64,000 nucleotides of DNA from Synergistales bacterium (GCA_963666205.1 OY762654.1:768001-832000); one strand, 5' to 3'. Positions 50,001 to 59,509 are shown, counted from the first letter of the stretch. Program-made: numbers and translations. The notes: generated from the letters alone by a model not told the origin.

Positions 50001-50466
50001 GAAGAATATTTTTTATTGTTCCCATGGCCCAGGGAGAACTGACAGTACTGTCAGCTATCTCAAGCTTCTCCAGCGGACTTTCTCCATCTCCCTCCCCAAG
50101 CTCCAGAAAATTAATTATTCTGTTGATCTTTTCAACATCTGAATCAAAACCCTCTATTCTCACCATGGATAGTTTGGGTTTCCTGGAAATAAGGGAGAGA
50201 ACCTTCGGCTTTACCGAGATCTGGCGGGACGAAAGGAGAGTTTCCCCATCTCTGACAAGTGTTATTCCACTTATGGCATAACCCCGAAAGGGATTTCCCT
50301 TGACTTCGTCGATCTTCAGATCGGCCTTCAGCATCTGGTTAACAGCTTTTCGAGCCTGTTCCCTTACTATATCCACTCCTATATCAACACTTGAAAGGAT
50401 CAGGGCAAAACCTGTAATGGCGATCAAAGCAAAGATAATATACAAATTCCGTTTATTTATAGACAT
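47089..50466 (-). CDS. AsmA/TamB-like large periplasmic beta-rich protein
   Basis: 1125 aa, N-terminal TM anchor, repeated Gly-rich beta segments, C-terminal VGGTFTKPKV. Confidence 0.75.
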   Translation of the reverse strand: MSINKRNLYIIFALIAITGFALILSSVDIGVDIVREQARKAVNQMLKADLKIDEVKGNPFRGYAISGITLVRDGETLLSSRQISVKPKVLSLISRKPKLSMVRIEGFDSDVEKINRIINFLELGEGDGESPLEKLEIADSTVSSPWAMGTIKNILLDFTSRQIRSELDLMLDDLPVKGNVEILKEDNDLDLGKLDIHVGQGRVKAEGKILPVLDVQGQVSELDVAKILAFWPEGDVSSYEGSLSTSIKGIGSWQKPDLSGELNFQGKKLAGFPVSEASSRWRFRENRLDIADLVANPMGIPLKGNLAFVFREAAPDMFVDLEATSVNLTSLKDFSPRLESMEGMIDRVKIKLQGKVSAPDGQIQIQSRQLKFMGYSIDNSDLGINISRGNMQIRGKSEYDKAPLDFSGSVASFMTSPVLDIRGNLRSFNLKNLQPIVPVLEVVQAEGMLDGDLRISGKSDNPEISGKIWSRKLMVKKEELANPLTVFRFSNDTLSFSEIKAGWRGASLSGGGKISGLSTKSRGIDLEIRSDGMDSSFFEKFVPVVSRYDLKGNISGKVRFKGVLPDPGMSVDLFSSSLGVMKKHSFSNLSLETTLSRIPKKIPEDLKISLSASSARLADVPVNNIILNLEKKGNVVNINDSKAFIGDGSLNASGLINLASKDKDPDLDLIIKASAIDLKEVTSAMKDMMPLDGVLTGEVTVKGPLSDPSFKVTGSSSSFAARGMKMQDISASLAGNMSLVKIEKLQARAGGGTVDISGQLKPKASNADIVIKGSKLDLSVLTAGFPQVKDFNITGEIDLDFKGHFEEGGNSGSGSLSSPQIAGMGIRFTEVEYPISLEGNILTATEGRANLYGGSVKGEGSLDIQKLKFRESIDITGTDLDVMLRDAFGIKGHITGKAQLFAKVEGDFAGGFSYKGNGLLKVGEGDISGFKGISLVAALHGMKSLRYRSVYAPFDLGTGKLILKTDTEVKAFDGDPLYRYFKAEGPVGPESRLDLSCKGNFNIQLLNILLGGATGGLAADKSIEGLLKGVIQGAGEQTGKNDFRDATFKVGGTFTKPKVSALKIESPAEVESQQQVQQEQSVPADIIQKPQEVMPEQPGQSPDVGDKKNVEEQIKEEILKQIFKQ

Positions 50467-50570
50467 ATTATCACCTTCCTGACGTGTTAAAGTAATCTAT
50501 ATGTTGCTATTTTATCACTTGAGCTCAGATTTACAAACCTCCCCCGGGTATCTCACGGATTGAACTATTT

Positions 50571-51032
50571 TCACGACACCGGCCATACATATGGAAGATC
50601 ATCAGGCTCGGCCCATCCAAATTGTCCATACCAGACAGGGTCTTTTCTAAGAAGATTCGAGCGATGGGAAGAATGAAAGGGTTCATTGCCGAACCATGGG
50701 GGAAGGAAAAGCCTACTCCTTTTGGCGAATGATATTTCAAGGTCAGATCTGGAAATATCTGTTTGAAGTTTTAAGAATATCTTTTCGTAGCATGTATCTT
50801 TATATCCTTTTTTAATCCATGCATCACACACCACGAGACCATAAAGGATAAGGGCAGTTTCATAACTCCGCCACATTTTTACAGCAGGATGGTTATTCCA
50901 GCCTTTCCGGGAATAGAGGGGATCCAGACAATTAAGGATCTGAAGAACTTCAACCCTCTGTTTGCCAAGTCGTTTTATATCAAGTACAGCAGCGGATCTT
51001 CTGAAATCAGCATAGGGCAAAAAGGTCTGCAT
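50571..51032 (-). CDS. MSMEG_6728-like protein (pyrimidine-dimer glycosylase-related family)
   Basis: MQTFLPY, RLGKQRVE, HPAVKMW, HSSHRSNLLRKDP, PYVWP. Confidence 0.8.
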   Translation of the reverse strand: MQTFLPYADFRRSAAVLDIKRLGKQRVEVLQILNCLDPLYSRKGWNNHPAVKMWRSYETALILYGLVVCDAWIKKGYKDTCYEKIFLKLQTDISRSDLEISFAKRSRLFLPPWFGNEPFHSSHRSNLLRKDPVWYGQFGWAEPDDLPYVWPVS

Positions 51033-51043
51033 CTTTTACAGGA

Positions 51044-51874
51044 TCACACCAGGGCTTCCTGTGTGATATCACCTTTTGCTATGATAACTGTCCTGCCTTT
51101 GAGACCGGCATTACAGCAATTCTCTTCAGCCTGAAAATCGAGAAATACTTCGTTTATTCCACCAGGATTATGAACTTTCACAGGGCTGGTTAAACCAAAG
51201 AGATGACACGATACTATAGCACTGGCTGTGGAACCGGTTCCACATGATTCTGTAAGTTCTTCCACGCCTCTTTCATATGTTACGACATTAATATCTCCTG
51301 GACCGGCAAGTTCTGCAAAATTCACGTTCGTACCCTGGGGAAAGATGTCCTGGTTATTTCTTATGGATCGCCCAAGAGTCACAAGATATTCCCTGGAACT
51401 CTCACCAAGAGTTTCCGTCCAGATAACACAATGGGGAACACCCACATTGAGAAATGAATATTTCAGACTGCCGTTACAGGTTTTAATTGTCCCATCCCAT
51501 ACAGCCCCGGATAGATCTATCCGGCCCATATCGAGAGTCACATAGGGCTCATCCACCGTTGCACCCATCACTCCTGCGAGGGTTTCAAAAGACATTACTG
51601 AAGGAGCTATTCCTTGTTGAAAGGCATATCTGGCTATACACCTGGCTCCATTACCACACATTTCTCCTTCAGACCCGTCGCTGTTGAAGAGGCGCATGGT
51701 AAAATCCGCCCTTTGTGAACCTTCCAGGACCAGAATGCCGTCAGCTCCGAGGGATTGACGTCTTCTGCATATCTTCATGGCCATTTCTGACAGCTGGGAA
51801 GAAGTATGTCTGGACTGAAAGTTTTCTATAACAATAAAATCATTTCCGTTACCCTGTATTTTGCAGAATTTCAT
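51044..51874 (-). CDS. dapF: Diaminopimelate epimerase
   Basis: GNGNDF, EMCGNG, GTNVNF, ERGVEELTESCGTG. Confidence 0.94.
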   Translation of the reverse strand: MKFCKIQGNGNDFIVIENFQSRHTSSQLSEMAMKICRRRQSLGADGILVLEGSQRADFTMRLFNSDGSEGEMCGNGARCIARYAFQQGIAPSVMSFETLAGVMGATVDEPYVTLDMGRIDLSGAVWDGTIKTCNGSLKYSFLNVGVPHCVIWTETLGESSREYLVTLGRSIRNNQDIFPQGTNVNFAELAGPGDINVVTYERGVEELTESCGTGSTASAIVSCHLFGLTSPVKVHNPGGINEVFLDFQAEENCCNAGLKGRTVIIAKGDITQEALV

Positions 51875-52012
51875 AAATTATCACTCCCTGACATGCTGTT
51901 TAGGATGTAAATACACTGGAGAACTGAAATATAATTATATCAAGTTCAGGAAGAAAACATCTTCCATCCCGTTGTTTTAAGCTCTACCCGGTGACATAAT
52001 TATATCGAGGAG

Positions 52013-53020
52013 GTGGTGAAATTGCTTTCTCTACTTCGGCAGGGTGCAAGAAGCCTTATCATCAGAACCGGGAAAATTGATTTAACTGCAGAATGGCTGA
52101 AAACCAATTTGCCTTTAACAGAATATCAACTCAAGGAGAGCATTAACAGAGCAGAACCCGACCAGACCGTTGTTATTCTTTCCAGCACATGGAAAGTGGA
52201 GGACTCTTACTCCTCCTTTGTTGTTGACAGGTATGCGGAAGAGATGATTCAGATCCTTTTCAATTATCACCCGGACCTCCCTGTTGACATCAGTTTAAGG
52301 CTCCTTCCCCGTTTTATTCATTTCAGGGTAACCGGAAATCCTGAACCAATTATTGAACAGATCGAGAAGGATTTTAACGGAGTTCGGGGTAAGCTTGATG
52401 AATTGCTTTATGATACTTCGGATAAAGGTATCGCTGTTCTTTTCACAGATAAACCACTTAACAGGAATCTCTACCTGGAACATCATTTCAAAGATATACT
52501 CTATATTAACATGCCTGCCCACCTTCTTCTAAGGCATCTCCAATGGCGTGCCGTATCATACTTTAACGAAGGTCTCGATGAAAAGGAATGGAATCTTGTT
52601 GAAATAAGGATATATGACACCTACTCCAGATATCTGCTTCATTGCAGGCGCCTGAGACTTTTCCTTGAAGCATGCGAGATGGGACTTACCATTGGAGAAG
52701 GGTGGGGCAGGGATTACGCACACATACTGATGCCACTTCGGGTCTATACCATGAAAATACTTACATTTTATCCACCGAAGGTCCTTAAGAGAGCCCTCAT
52801 GGGTCTTGAATATTCAGAAGAAGGAGAACGCTTTGTTGACCTGGATCTTTATTTTAACCGGAGGAAAATAGGCTGGACAGAACTGACAGTGGACAGGAAT
52901 AAAAACAGGGAAGAAAATTCCATGGACTTCAGAAAAAGCGTCATGGATAATCTTACTGACCTTCACAAACAGGAAATACGCAGCATCGAAAAAGATATAT
53001 TAAAACAGCAGAGAGGATAG
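52013..53020 (+). CDS. Hypothetical protein
   Basis: 335-aa soluble-looking ORF with GAGGAGG RBS; family not recognised. Confidence 0.75.
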   Translation: MVKLLSLLRQGARSLIIRTGKIDLTAEWLKTNLPLTEYQLKESINRAEPDQTVVILSSTWKVEDSYSSFVVDRYAEEMIQILFNYHPDLPVDISLRLLPRFIHFRVTGNPEPIIEQIEKDFNGVRGKLDELLYDTSDKGIAVLFTDKPLNRNLYLEHHFKDILYINMPAHLLLRHLQWRAVSYFNEGLDEKEWNLVEIRIYDTYSRYLLHCRRLRLFLEACEMGLTIGEGWGRDYAHILMPLRVYTMKILTFYPPKVLKRALMGLEYSEEGERFVDLDLYFNRRKIGWTELTVDRNKNREENSMDFRKSVMDNLTDLHKQEIRSIEKDILKQQRG

Positions 53021-53083
53021 AAAGGACCGGGAAGCGAAAGAACGCCCCCCGGTTGAGATAGTGATTGTATTTTTATGAGCTCC

Positions 53084-54745
53084 TCAGGGTACAGAAACTT
53101 CGATGGGCCTGGATATGATCCTGAAGATAACACAGGCTACAAATGCTGATATGATAACGTTAGCAATGGCAGGGAATCCCATTGCTACCCCTGCATAGCC
53201 CACAAGAGCTCCTGCTGCTGCAGTAAGAGCATATGGTATCTGGCTGTTTACATGATCCATGTGGTCAGCTCCACTGAACATGGAAGACATAATGGTGGTA
53301 TCGGAAATCGGGCTGCAGTGATCCCCCCAGACAGCACCAGCAAAGACTGCTCCAATGGTGGGGATCATGAACATCATGGGGTCTATACCTGCACCCTGGG
53401 AAACCTTGTAAACCAACGGTACAACAATGGGCATAAGGATACCCATTGTTCCATAGGATGTACCTGTACAGAAGGATATTATCGCTCCGGTAATAAAGGT
53501 TATAACAGGTATCCAGCCAGGAGAAAGGATATCTCCTGCAATGCTCACGATGTATGATGCAGTACCCACCTGTTTTATGGATGATCCGATCCCCCAGGCA
53601 AAGACAAGTATTATGGTACCGACAAATATTGACATCATGCCTTCCATATACCCTTTAAACATTTTCTGGGTTGAAGCGAGCCCCTGTACACCATAAAGAG
53701 CTATGGTTAGAAATACAGAACCAAAAGCACCCCAGACAAGAGCCTTGGAACTGCTGCCTTCTCCTATTGCTGTGGATACAGGCACTTCTGGCCACCCTCC
53801 GGTAATGATAAGCATCAGGAAGATGAGTGAAACGAGAAATACTATTGGAAGAATAAAGTTGATACCTCTCCTGGGACAATTCTTATCTGCACTAGTTCCC
53901 TCCACGCTTGTATTGACAAGGGGTTGTGCCCCATCCCGAAGGACTTTACCAGTCTTCCTGGCCCGCCTTTCAGCGGTAAGCATGGGACCAAAATCCCTCT
54001 GGGAAAAGACAACGTAAGTTAGAAGAACAAGGGCTACGATGTTATAGAGAACGAAGGGGATGGATTTCAGATAAGCAACGTATGGAGAAACAGTTATGCC
54101 GAGTTCATTGAACTGGCTTCCAATCTGTCCCACCATGTAGGCTATCCATGAAGAAATACCCGCGATACATGCAATAGGCGCCGCAGTTGTATCAACTATA
54201 TAGGAAAGTTTTTCCTTTGATATTCTGTACCGGTCAGTAATAGGTGACATGGTTGTCCCTACAACTGCAGTGTTGACATAATCCTCGAAGAAAATTATAA
54301 AACCTGCAAGTTCTGTGAAGAACATGGCTCCCCTTGGACTTTTGACCCTTCCTGTTATCCACTGTATTGCGGCATCTATACCGCCCCCCACTTTCATGAC
54401 ACCCACAAGTCCACCCATGGTAAGACTCGTCAGTACGATCCTGGCGCCCCAGGGATCGCCAAGACTGTTCCAGAGGGATTCCACTGCTTTACCGAAGCCC
54501 AGGATCGGGTTCCAGCCTGCAAGCATGGTCCCTGCAATCCATATACCGACGAAAAGAGAGGGTATCACTTCCTTCGTAATGATACAGAGACCTATTGCAA
54601 GAAGTGGAGGCAGTAAAGAGAGAATCCCGAAATTCGGCATATCTCCTTCCGCTCCCAGACTCATTCCCGCAAAAGCTAGAACAATAGAGACAGCCAAAGA
54701 AAAAACAGTAACCCGATGATTAGTTTTTTCACTCATTATTTCCAT
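53084..54745 (-). CDS. NhaC-family transporter (candidate lysine permease)
   Basis: LSLLPP, FFEDY, EKLSYIVD, TGTSYGT, GDHCSPISDTT, HVNSQIPY; 44 nt downstream of lysA. Confidence 0.88.
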   Translation of the reverse strand: MEIMSEKTNHRVTVFSLAVSIVLAFAGMSLGAEGDMPNFGILSLLPPLLAIGLCIITKEVIPSLFVGIWIAGTMLAGWNPILGFGKAVESLWNSLGDPWGARIVLTSLTMGGLVGVMKVGGGIDAAIQWITGRVKSPRGAMFFTELAGFIIFFEDYVNTAVVGTTMSPITDRYRISKEKLSYIVDTTAAPIACIAGISSWIAYMVGQIGSQFNELGITVSPYVAYLKSIPFVLYNIVALVLLTYVVFSQRDFGPMLTAERRARKTGKVLRDGAQPLVNTSVEGTSADKNCPRRGINFILPIVFLVSLIFLMLIITGGWPEVPVSTAIGEGSSSKALVWGAFGSVFLTIALYGVQGLASTQKMFKGYMEGMMSIFVGTIILVFAWGIGSSIKQVGTASYIVSIAGDILSPGWIPVITFITGAIISFCTGTSYGTMGILMPIVVPLVYKVSQGAGIDPMMFMIPTIGAVFAGAVWGDHCSPISDTTIMSSMFSGADHMDHVNSQIPYALTAAAGALVGYAGVAMGFPAIANVIISAFVACVIFRIISRPIEVSVP

Positions 54746-54789
54746 TCCTCCCTGTTCTGGATGAAATAAATATTTAAAGCTCGATAAAT

Positions 54790-56079
54790 TTATTCAAGAT
54801 GTTCAGGAATGATTTCTCCTCTGAGGAGATCTTCATAGGTCTGTCTTTCCACTATGATATCAGCCTTTCCTTCACTGACCAGCACCACTCCCGGTCGAGG
54901 ATTTCTATTATAATTACTGGCCATGGAAAAATTATATGCTCCCGTGTTAAAAACAGCCAGAATATCCCCGGATCTGGTTGAAGGAATTTCAAGATCGCGG
55001 ATCAGCACATCCCCCGATTCACAACATTTCCCTACAACTGACACTTTCATGGAAGCTTCTGCATCCATTCTGTTGGCCACCACCCCATGATAAAGCGCTC
55101 CATAGAGTGCCGGCCTGGGGTTATCCGTCATCCCGCCGTCTACACTGACATAGGTAATGACACCAGGAATTTCCTTGAGTAAACCTATGGAATACAAGGT
55201 AATACCAGCTTCGGATACTATCCATCGTCCAGGCTCTATTATAATCCGGGGTATTTTCAGATCTCTATCCTGACATCCAGAGATGATCCTCTCCATTATG
55301 GGATCAGTAAAATCAGAAAGCTTTACCGGATCTTCACCAGGTAACTCGGGCACTCCAAAACCGCCTCCCACATTGAGTTCCTCAGTTAGAAAACCAGACC
55401 TGCCCCTCACATTGGAGATCAGATCCAGAAGGACATTAACCGCCATAAGATGGGACATATTATCTTTCAGTTGTGAACCTACATGAAAATGAAATCCCCT
55501 GAGATGGAAGAACCTTGATGTCATTGCTCTCTCGACGACCCTTGTTATTGAATCTCCCAGTACAGGCATGCCAAATTTGGAGGCGGTGTGTCCGGTAGCT
55601 ATGTATTTATGGGTATGGGCATCCACCCCAGGAGCAACCCGAAAAAGGATATCTGCCTCACCCCCCACTTCTGCTGCTATCCCTTCGAGGATGTCATATT
55701 CATTTTCACTGTCTACTACTATTCTGCCCACACCATTTTCAAGGGCTAACCTGAGTTCATCAGGTGATTTGTTATTCCCGTGGAAGATCACTTTTTCCAT
55801 GGGAAATCCTGCTTTTACTGCCGTATATATCTCTCCTCCCGAAACAACATCAAGCCCAATTCCCTCAGTTTCAAGAATGCGACACATGGCAAGGGTAAGA
55901 AAAGCCTTGCTGGCATAGACAGCATGGGTATTTTCATACTTTTTCAGAAAACATGACTGAATCTCCCTGCACCGGTTTCTTATCGCATCCTCTGAAAGGA
56001 CATAGAGAGGAGTCCCAAAACGGGAAGCCAGATCAACTACATCCCATCCTCCAAAGATCAGATTATTTTTTCTTTTCAT
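54790..56079 (-). CDS. lysA: Diaminopimelate decarboxylase
   Basis: GTPLYV, YASKA, HGNNK, HFHVGSQ, EPGR, CCESGD, GAYNFSMASNYN; true start after GGGAGG at 56079. Confidence 0.96.
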   Translation of the reverse strand: MKRKNNLIFGGWDVVDLASRFGTPLYVLSEDAIRNRCREIQSCFLKKYENTHAVYASKAFLTLAMCRILETEGIGLDVVSGGEIYTAVKAGFPMEKVIFHGNNKSPDELRLALENGVGRIVVDSENEYDILEGIAAEVGGEADILFRVAPGVDAHTHKYIATGHTASKFGMPVLGDSITRVVERAMTSRFFHLRGFHFHVGSQLKDNMSHLMAVNVLLDLISNVRGRSGFLTEELNVGGGFGVPELPGEDPVKLSDFTDPIMERIISGCQDRDLKIPRIIIEPGRWIVSEAGITLYSIGLLKEIPGVITYVSVDGGMTDNPRPALYGALYHGVVANRMDAEASMKVSVVGKCCESGDVLIRDLEIPSTRSGDILAVFNTGAYNFSMASNYNRNPRPGVVLVSEGKADIIVERQTYEDLLRGEIIPEHLE

Positions 56080-56129
56080 CCAGATACCTCCCGGCATGTT
56101 TATCTTTCCATCCTGTTTTCCGAACACAT

Positions 56130-56386
56130 AAAAAAGAGACTCATCCCACTGTAGGGACGAGTCTCTTATATATGATCTCGCGGTACCACCCTGCTTGGAC
56201 ATTCTACGAATATCCCGCTTATAAGCCCTTTTACGGAGGCCTGATCCGGGAAGCTTACTTCGAATAATCTCTTTCAGCCCCAGCTCCGCGGGCTTTATGC
56301 CTTAAGTGTTCGTTGAGGATATTTTTCAGCCGGTGAATATCCTTCTCTGTCAACGATTATCTCCTAAGACGTCCCGTTTCATAGCC
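56130..56386 (-). ncRNA. T-box leader 3, Lys (AAA) specifier, upstream of lysA
   Basis: Minus strand: CAGAGA...CACCGGCTGAAA stem I, AAA at 56296-56294, AGTA, GCCTCCGTAA, GGGTGGTACCGCG at 56191-56179, terminator aagagactcgtccc/gggatgagtctctt with U-tract. Confidence 0.92.
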
Positions 56387-56436
56387 TTTACAATATTCAC
56401 ACGGGAAAGACCTTAAAGTATCCCGGATTGCGGGTT

Positions 56437-56466
56437 ATTATACAAAGGGCCCAGACTCTATGTCAA
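56437..56466 (-). promoter_or_regulatory. Sigma70 promoter of the T-box-lysA unit
   Basis: TTGACA (56466-56461), 18 nt spacer, TATAAT (56442-56437). Confidence 0.8.
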
Positions 56467-56500
56467 TAAGCAATAATTAACAGTACCCGGGAATCTCCTC

Positions 56501-57163
56501 TCATAACAAGGGATTATCCTCAACAATCACTCCCTTTAACAGGGGGACAAACTGACAGTAATCATACCATGTATCCTTAAATTGAGAACCCCGTTTTATC
56601 CTTACAAGTAGCTGTTCCAGACCTGGTTTTACCCTGAGAGGTATTACGATCCTTCCTCCATTCGCCAACTGATTCATCCATGCATCCTCTATCCTGTCTG
56701 AAGCAGCTGTTACAATAATACCGTCATAGGGAGAATCTGGTTCATACCCTTTTCTTCCGTCAGATACCAGAACCTTAACAGAATAGCCAAGCTCCCTTAA
56801 CACGTTCTGTGCCCTTTTCCCCAGTTCTTCTATCCTCTCAATGGAATTCACTACCATCCCCATCTCAGAAAGGACAGCCGCCTGGTAACCGGATCCTGTT
56901 CCTATCTCAAGTATCTTTGTCCCCTCTTGAGGTGATGGAACCAGGAGGTCTGTCATTTTAGCCACCATATATGGCTGAGAAATGGTCTGGTCCAACCCTA
57001 TGGGTACAGCACAGTCCGAATAGGAAAGTCTCTGATATTCAGGTGGGACGAACATATGTCTTGGAATGTTTTTCATGGCCTCAAGAAGGCTGGTGTTCAA
57101 TATCCCTCTGGAGCAGATCTGTGCAGTAACCATTTCTCCGGCATAAATTCTCCAGCCTTCCAC
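56501..57163 (-). CDS. pcm: Protein-L-isoaspartate O-methyltransferase
   Basis: PRHMFVP, QTISQPYMVA, LEIGTGSGYQAA, PYDGIIVTAA, FVPL. Confidence 0.94.
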   Translation of the reverse strand: MEGWRIYAGEMVTAQICSRGILNTSLLEAMKNIPRHMFVPPEYQRLSYSDCAVPIGLDQTISQPYMVAKMTDLLVPSPQEGTKILEIGTGSGYQAAVLSEMGMVVNSIERIEELGKRAQNVLRELGYSVKVLVSDGRKGYEPDSPYDGIIVTAASDRIEDAWMNQLANGGRIVIPLRVKPGLEQLLVRIKRGSQFKDTWYDYCQFVPLLKGVIVEDNPLL

Positions 57164-57261
57164 GGATATCTCCTCTTTTCAGCATATAACATGACTATAT
57201 TATACATCTGAACAGGTGAATAGCCGATCGCAACCCTTTGATTAAAAGTCTAGTCGACTCT

Positions 57262-58476
57262 TTACCCTGTTGCCACAAAATTCTTCAAGGCTCTGTTGAG
57301 ACGAATAACACCCTCCCTGGACTGATCCTCAAGAACCTGGGCAAAGGAAAAACGCAGATAGTTCTCTCCTCCTGTTCCTACGAAAAAACCTTCTCCAGGT
57401 ATTACTCCTATCTTTTCATTGATAGCGGCATAACGTGAAAATTCCAGTCCTTTAAGTCCCTTCATACTTCCCCAAATAAAGAAACCGCCCTCCGGAGGTG
57501 AAAAACTGAACCCCAGGGGTGTTAACAGTTCATATACATTTTTCACCATACTATCCCGTCTTGACCTGTATGTACTTCTGATGTTATCAAGGTGCAGAGG
57601 AAAAAGAGGGTCATCGACCACATTTAAGACTGTTTTATGGATAATGGAAGGAAGATTGATCTCGAGGGCGACCCTTAGTTCTGCTGCTTTCTTCATAATG
57701 GAAAGGGGCAGTACCATATATCCACATCTCAGCCCGGGAGCAATGATCTTGGAAAAACTGCCAAGGTAAATGACCCTTTCGTCATCTCTGGAAAGGCTCA
57801 GGAATGTAGGAGGCGGAGAAGAATCAAACCATAGTTCCCGATAGGGATCATCTTCCACTATCAGGAAATCATATTTCTCTGCAAGATCGAGGATCTCTAC
57901 CTTTCTTTCTTTGGAAATACTTCTTCCGGAAGGATTCTGGAAGGTAGGGATTGAATAGAAAAAGGAAACCCTGTTCTTTTTCAGGAAATCTTCCATAACC
58001 TGAAGGTCTGGCCCTTCTTCCTTCAACGGTACAGGGAGGAAATTCACACCTTCCTTTCCAAAAGACATTATGGCCTCTGTATAGGAAGGATCTTCAACAA
58101 GTACATTATCCCCTTCTTTCAAAAACATAAGGGAGATAAAATTAAGACCTGCCTGAGAACCATTGGTCAGAAAGATCCGCTCCATTCCCGGATTGCCTGC
58201 GCAGTATTGATTTGTCTCCAGCCATGAGGAGATCCATGCCCGGAGGCCGGGGTCTCCGGAAGGTTCCGAATAAGCGAGTGTTCCCGGGTCATTCAGAAGA
58301 GTTTCATCAATGGCAGATCTGATCTTTTCCAGAGGGTGAAGATCCATTGAAGGTTCTCCAGCTGTAAAACTTATACAGCCGGGCCTTGAAACAAGAGTCA
58401 TCATCTCCTGAATAATCGAAGGTTTAAGCCTTTTCATTCTGATGTTGAATAAACTGCTCCAGGACAAAGGGACCAC
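57262..58476 (-). CDS. Class I/II PLP-dependent aminotransferase
   Basis: FQNPSG, EDDPY, GSFSKIIAPGLRCG, LRFSF. Confidence 0.9.
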   Translation of the reverse strand: MVPLSWSSLFNIRMKRLKPSIIQEMMTLVSRPGCISFTAGEPSMDLHPLEKIRSAIDETLLNDPGTLAYSEPSGDPGLRAWISSWLETNQYCAGNPGMERIFLTNGSQAGLNFISLMFLKEGDNVLVEDPSYTEAIMSFGKEGVNFLPVPLKEEGPDLQVMEDFLKKNRVSFFYSIPTFQNPSGRSISKERKVEILDLAEKYDFLIVEDDPYRELWFDSSPPPTFLSLSRDDERVIYLGSFSKIIAPGLRCGYMVLPLSIMKKAAELRVALEINLPSIIHKTVLNVVDDPLFPLHLDNIRSTYRSRRDSMVKNVYELLTPLGFSFSPPEGGFFIWGSMKGLKGLEFSRYAAINEKIGVIPGEGFFVGTGGENYLRFSFAQVLEDQSREGVIRLNRALKNFVATG

Positions 58477-58591
58477 CTCTTTTTTCTATATATACACTAG
58501 ATTAAATACCAGAAAGCGCTCAAGTTCTCAACATTGAGAAATCCGTAACCAGATAATTTGTATCTCTCTGTTGATTTTTCAGTTTACTCTA

Positions 58592-58620
58592 TTGACAAAA
58601 AGGACTTAACCCATTATTCT
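58592..58620 (+). promoter_or_regulatory. Sigma70 promoter of the amino-acid-binding protein gene
   Basis: TTGACA (58592-58597), 17 nt spacer, TATTCT (58615-58620). Confidence 0.6.
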
Positions 58621-58690
58621 TTCTGGAAAAGTATTATTGTTTATAAAAAGTACTAATACTTAACTTTAGTTTATATGGAGGAAATTTATA

Positions 58691-59446
58691 ATGAAGAAAT
58701 TATCTATGATAATTTTACTTGTTACTGCAGTTCTATCTGTCAGCGTTACTACTTGGGCAGGTGTTCTCGATAATGATGTCATAAAAGTCGGAACCGAGAG
58801 CACCTACCCCCCCTATGAATTCAGAGATGAAAATAATAACCTTAAGGGATTCGATATTGAGATGATGGAGGCTATTGCGGAAAAGATCGGGAAAAAGATT
58901 GAATGGGTGGATATGCCCTTTGACAGCCTGATACCCGCTCTTCTCTCGAAAAAGATCGATATTATAGCTGCTGGATTGAGCGCTACCGAGGAAAGGGCAA
59001 AAAAGGTCTCCTTTTCAACTCCCTACGAAATATCTCTAAGCACTTTCATAGTCAAGGCAGACAACAATTCAATCAAAAACATTGACGACTTGAAAGGTAA
59101 AGTGGTAACAGCCCAGCTCGGGACGGTCCAGGACGCTTACGCTAAAACCATCGAAGGAGTTTCGGTAAAACCCTTCCAGAAATTTGACGACTGCGTAAGG
59201 GAAGTTGCATTGGGAAGGGCTGACGCAACTCTGATGGACAGACCGGTTGCATTGAAATTCGTCGAACAGAAGGACTTCGAAGGCAAGGTCAAGATCGCCT
59301 TTGATCATGAAATAACTGGTTCTGGAAAGGCCCTGGCCATGAACCTCGATGAAGGAGATTTTACCGAAGCAGTAAACAAGGCCCTTGATGAAATGGTCAA
59401 ATCAGGTGAACTGGATAATATGAAGGCTAAATGGTTCACGGAATAA
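58691..59446 (+). CDS. Polar amino acid ABC transporter substrate-binding protein (stand-alone)
   Basis: Signal peptide; YPPYEF, GFDIE, FDSLIPAL, TEERAKKVSFS. Confidence 0.92.
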   Translation: MKKLSMIILLVTAVLSVSVTTWAGVLDNDVIKVGTESTYPPYEFRDENNNLKGFDIEMMEAIAEKIGKKIEWVDMPFDSLIPALLSKKIDIIAAGLSATEERAKKVSFSTPYEISLSTFIVKADNNSIKNIDDLKGKVVTAQLGTVQDAYAKTIEGVSVKPFQKFDDCVREVALGRADATLMDRPVALKFVEQKDFEGKVKIAFDHEITGSGKALAMNLDEGDFTEAVNKALDEMVKSGELDNMKAKWFTE

Positions 59447-59467
59447 AGTCAATATAAAACCTTTTTC

Positions 59468-59509
59468 AATAAATACGGAGGGATCCCTGAGGGTCCCTCC
59501 GTATTTATT
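59468..59509. terminator. Bidirectional terminator with 16-bp arms
   Basis: aataaatacggaggga-N10-tccctccgtatttatt between convergent genes, overlapping the LarA-family stop. Confidence 0.7.

Noticed and set aside
56080-56202. N-terminal extension of LysA in the ORF track
   Set aside because: It runs through the T-box terminator; the RBS supports a start at 56079.
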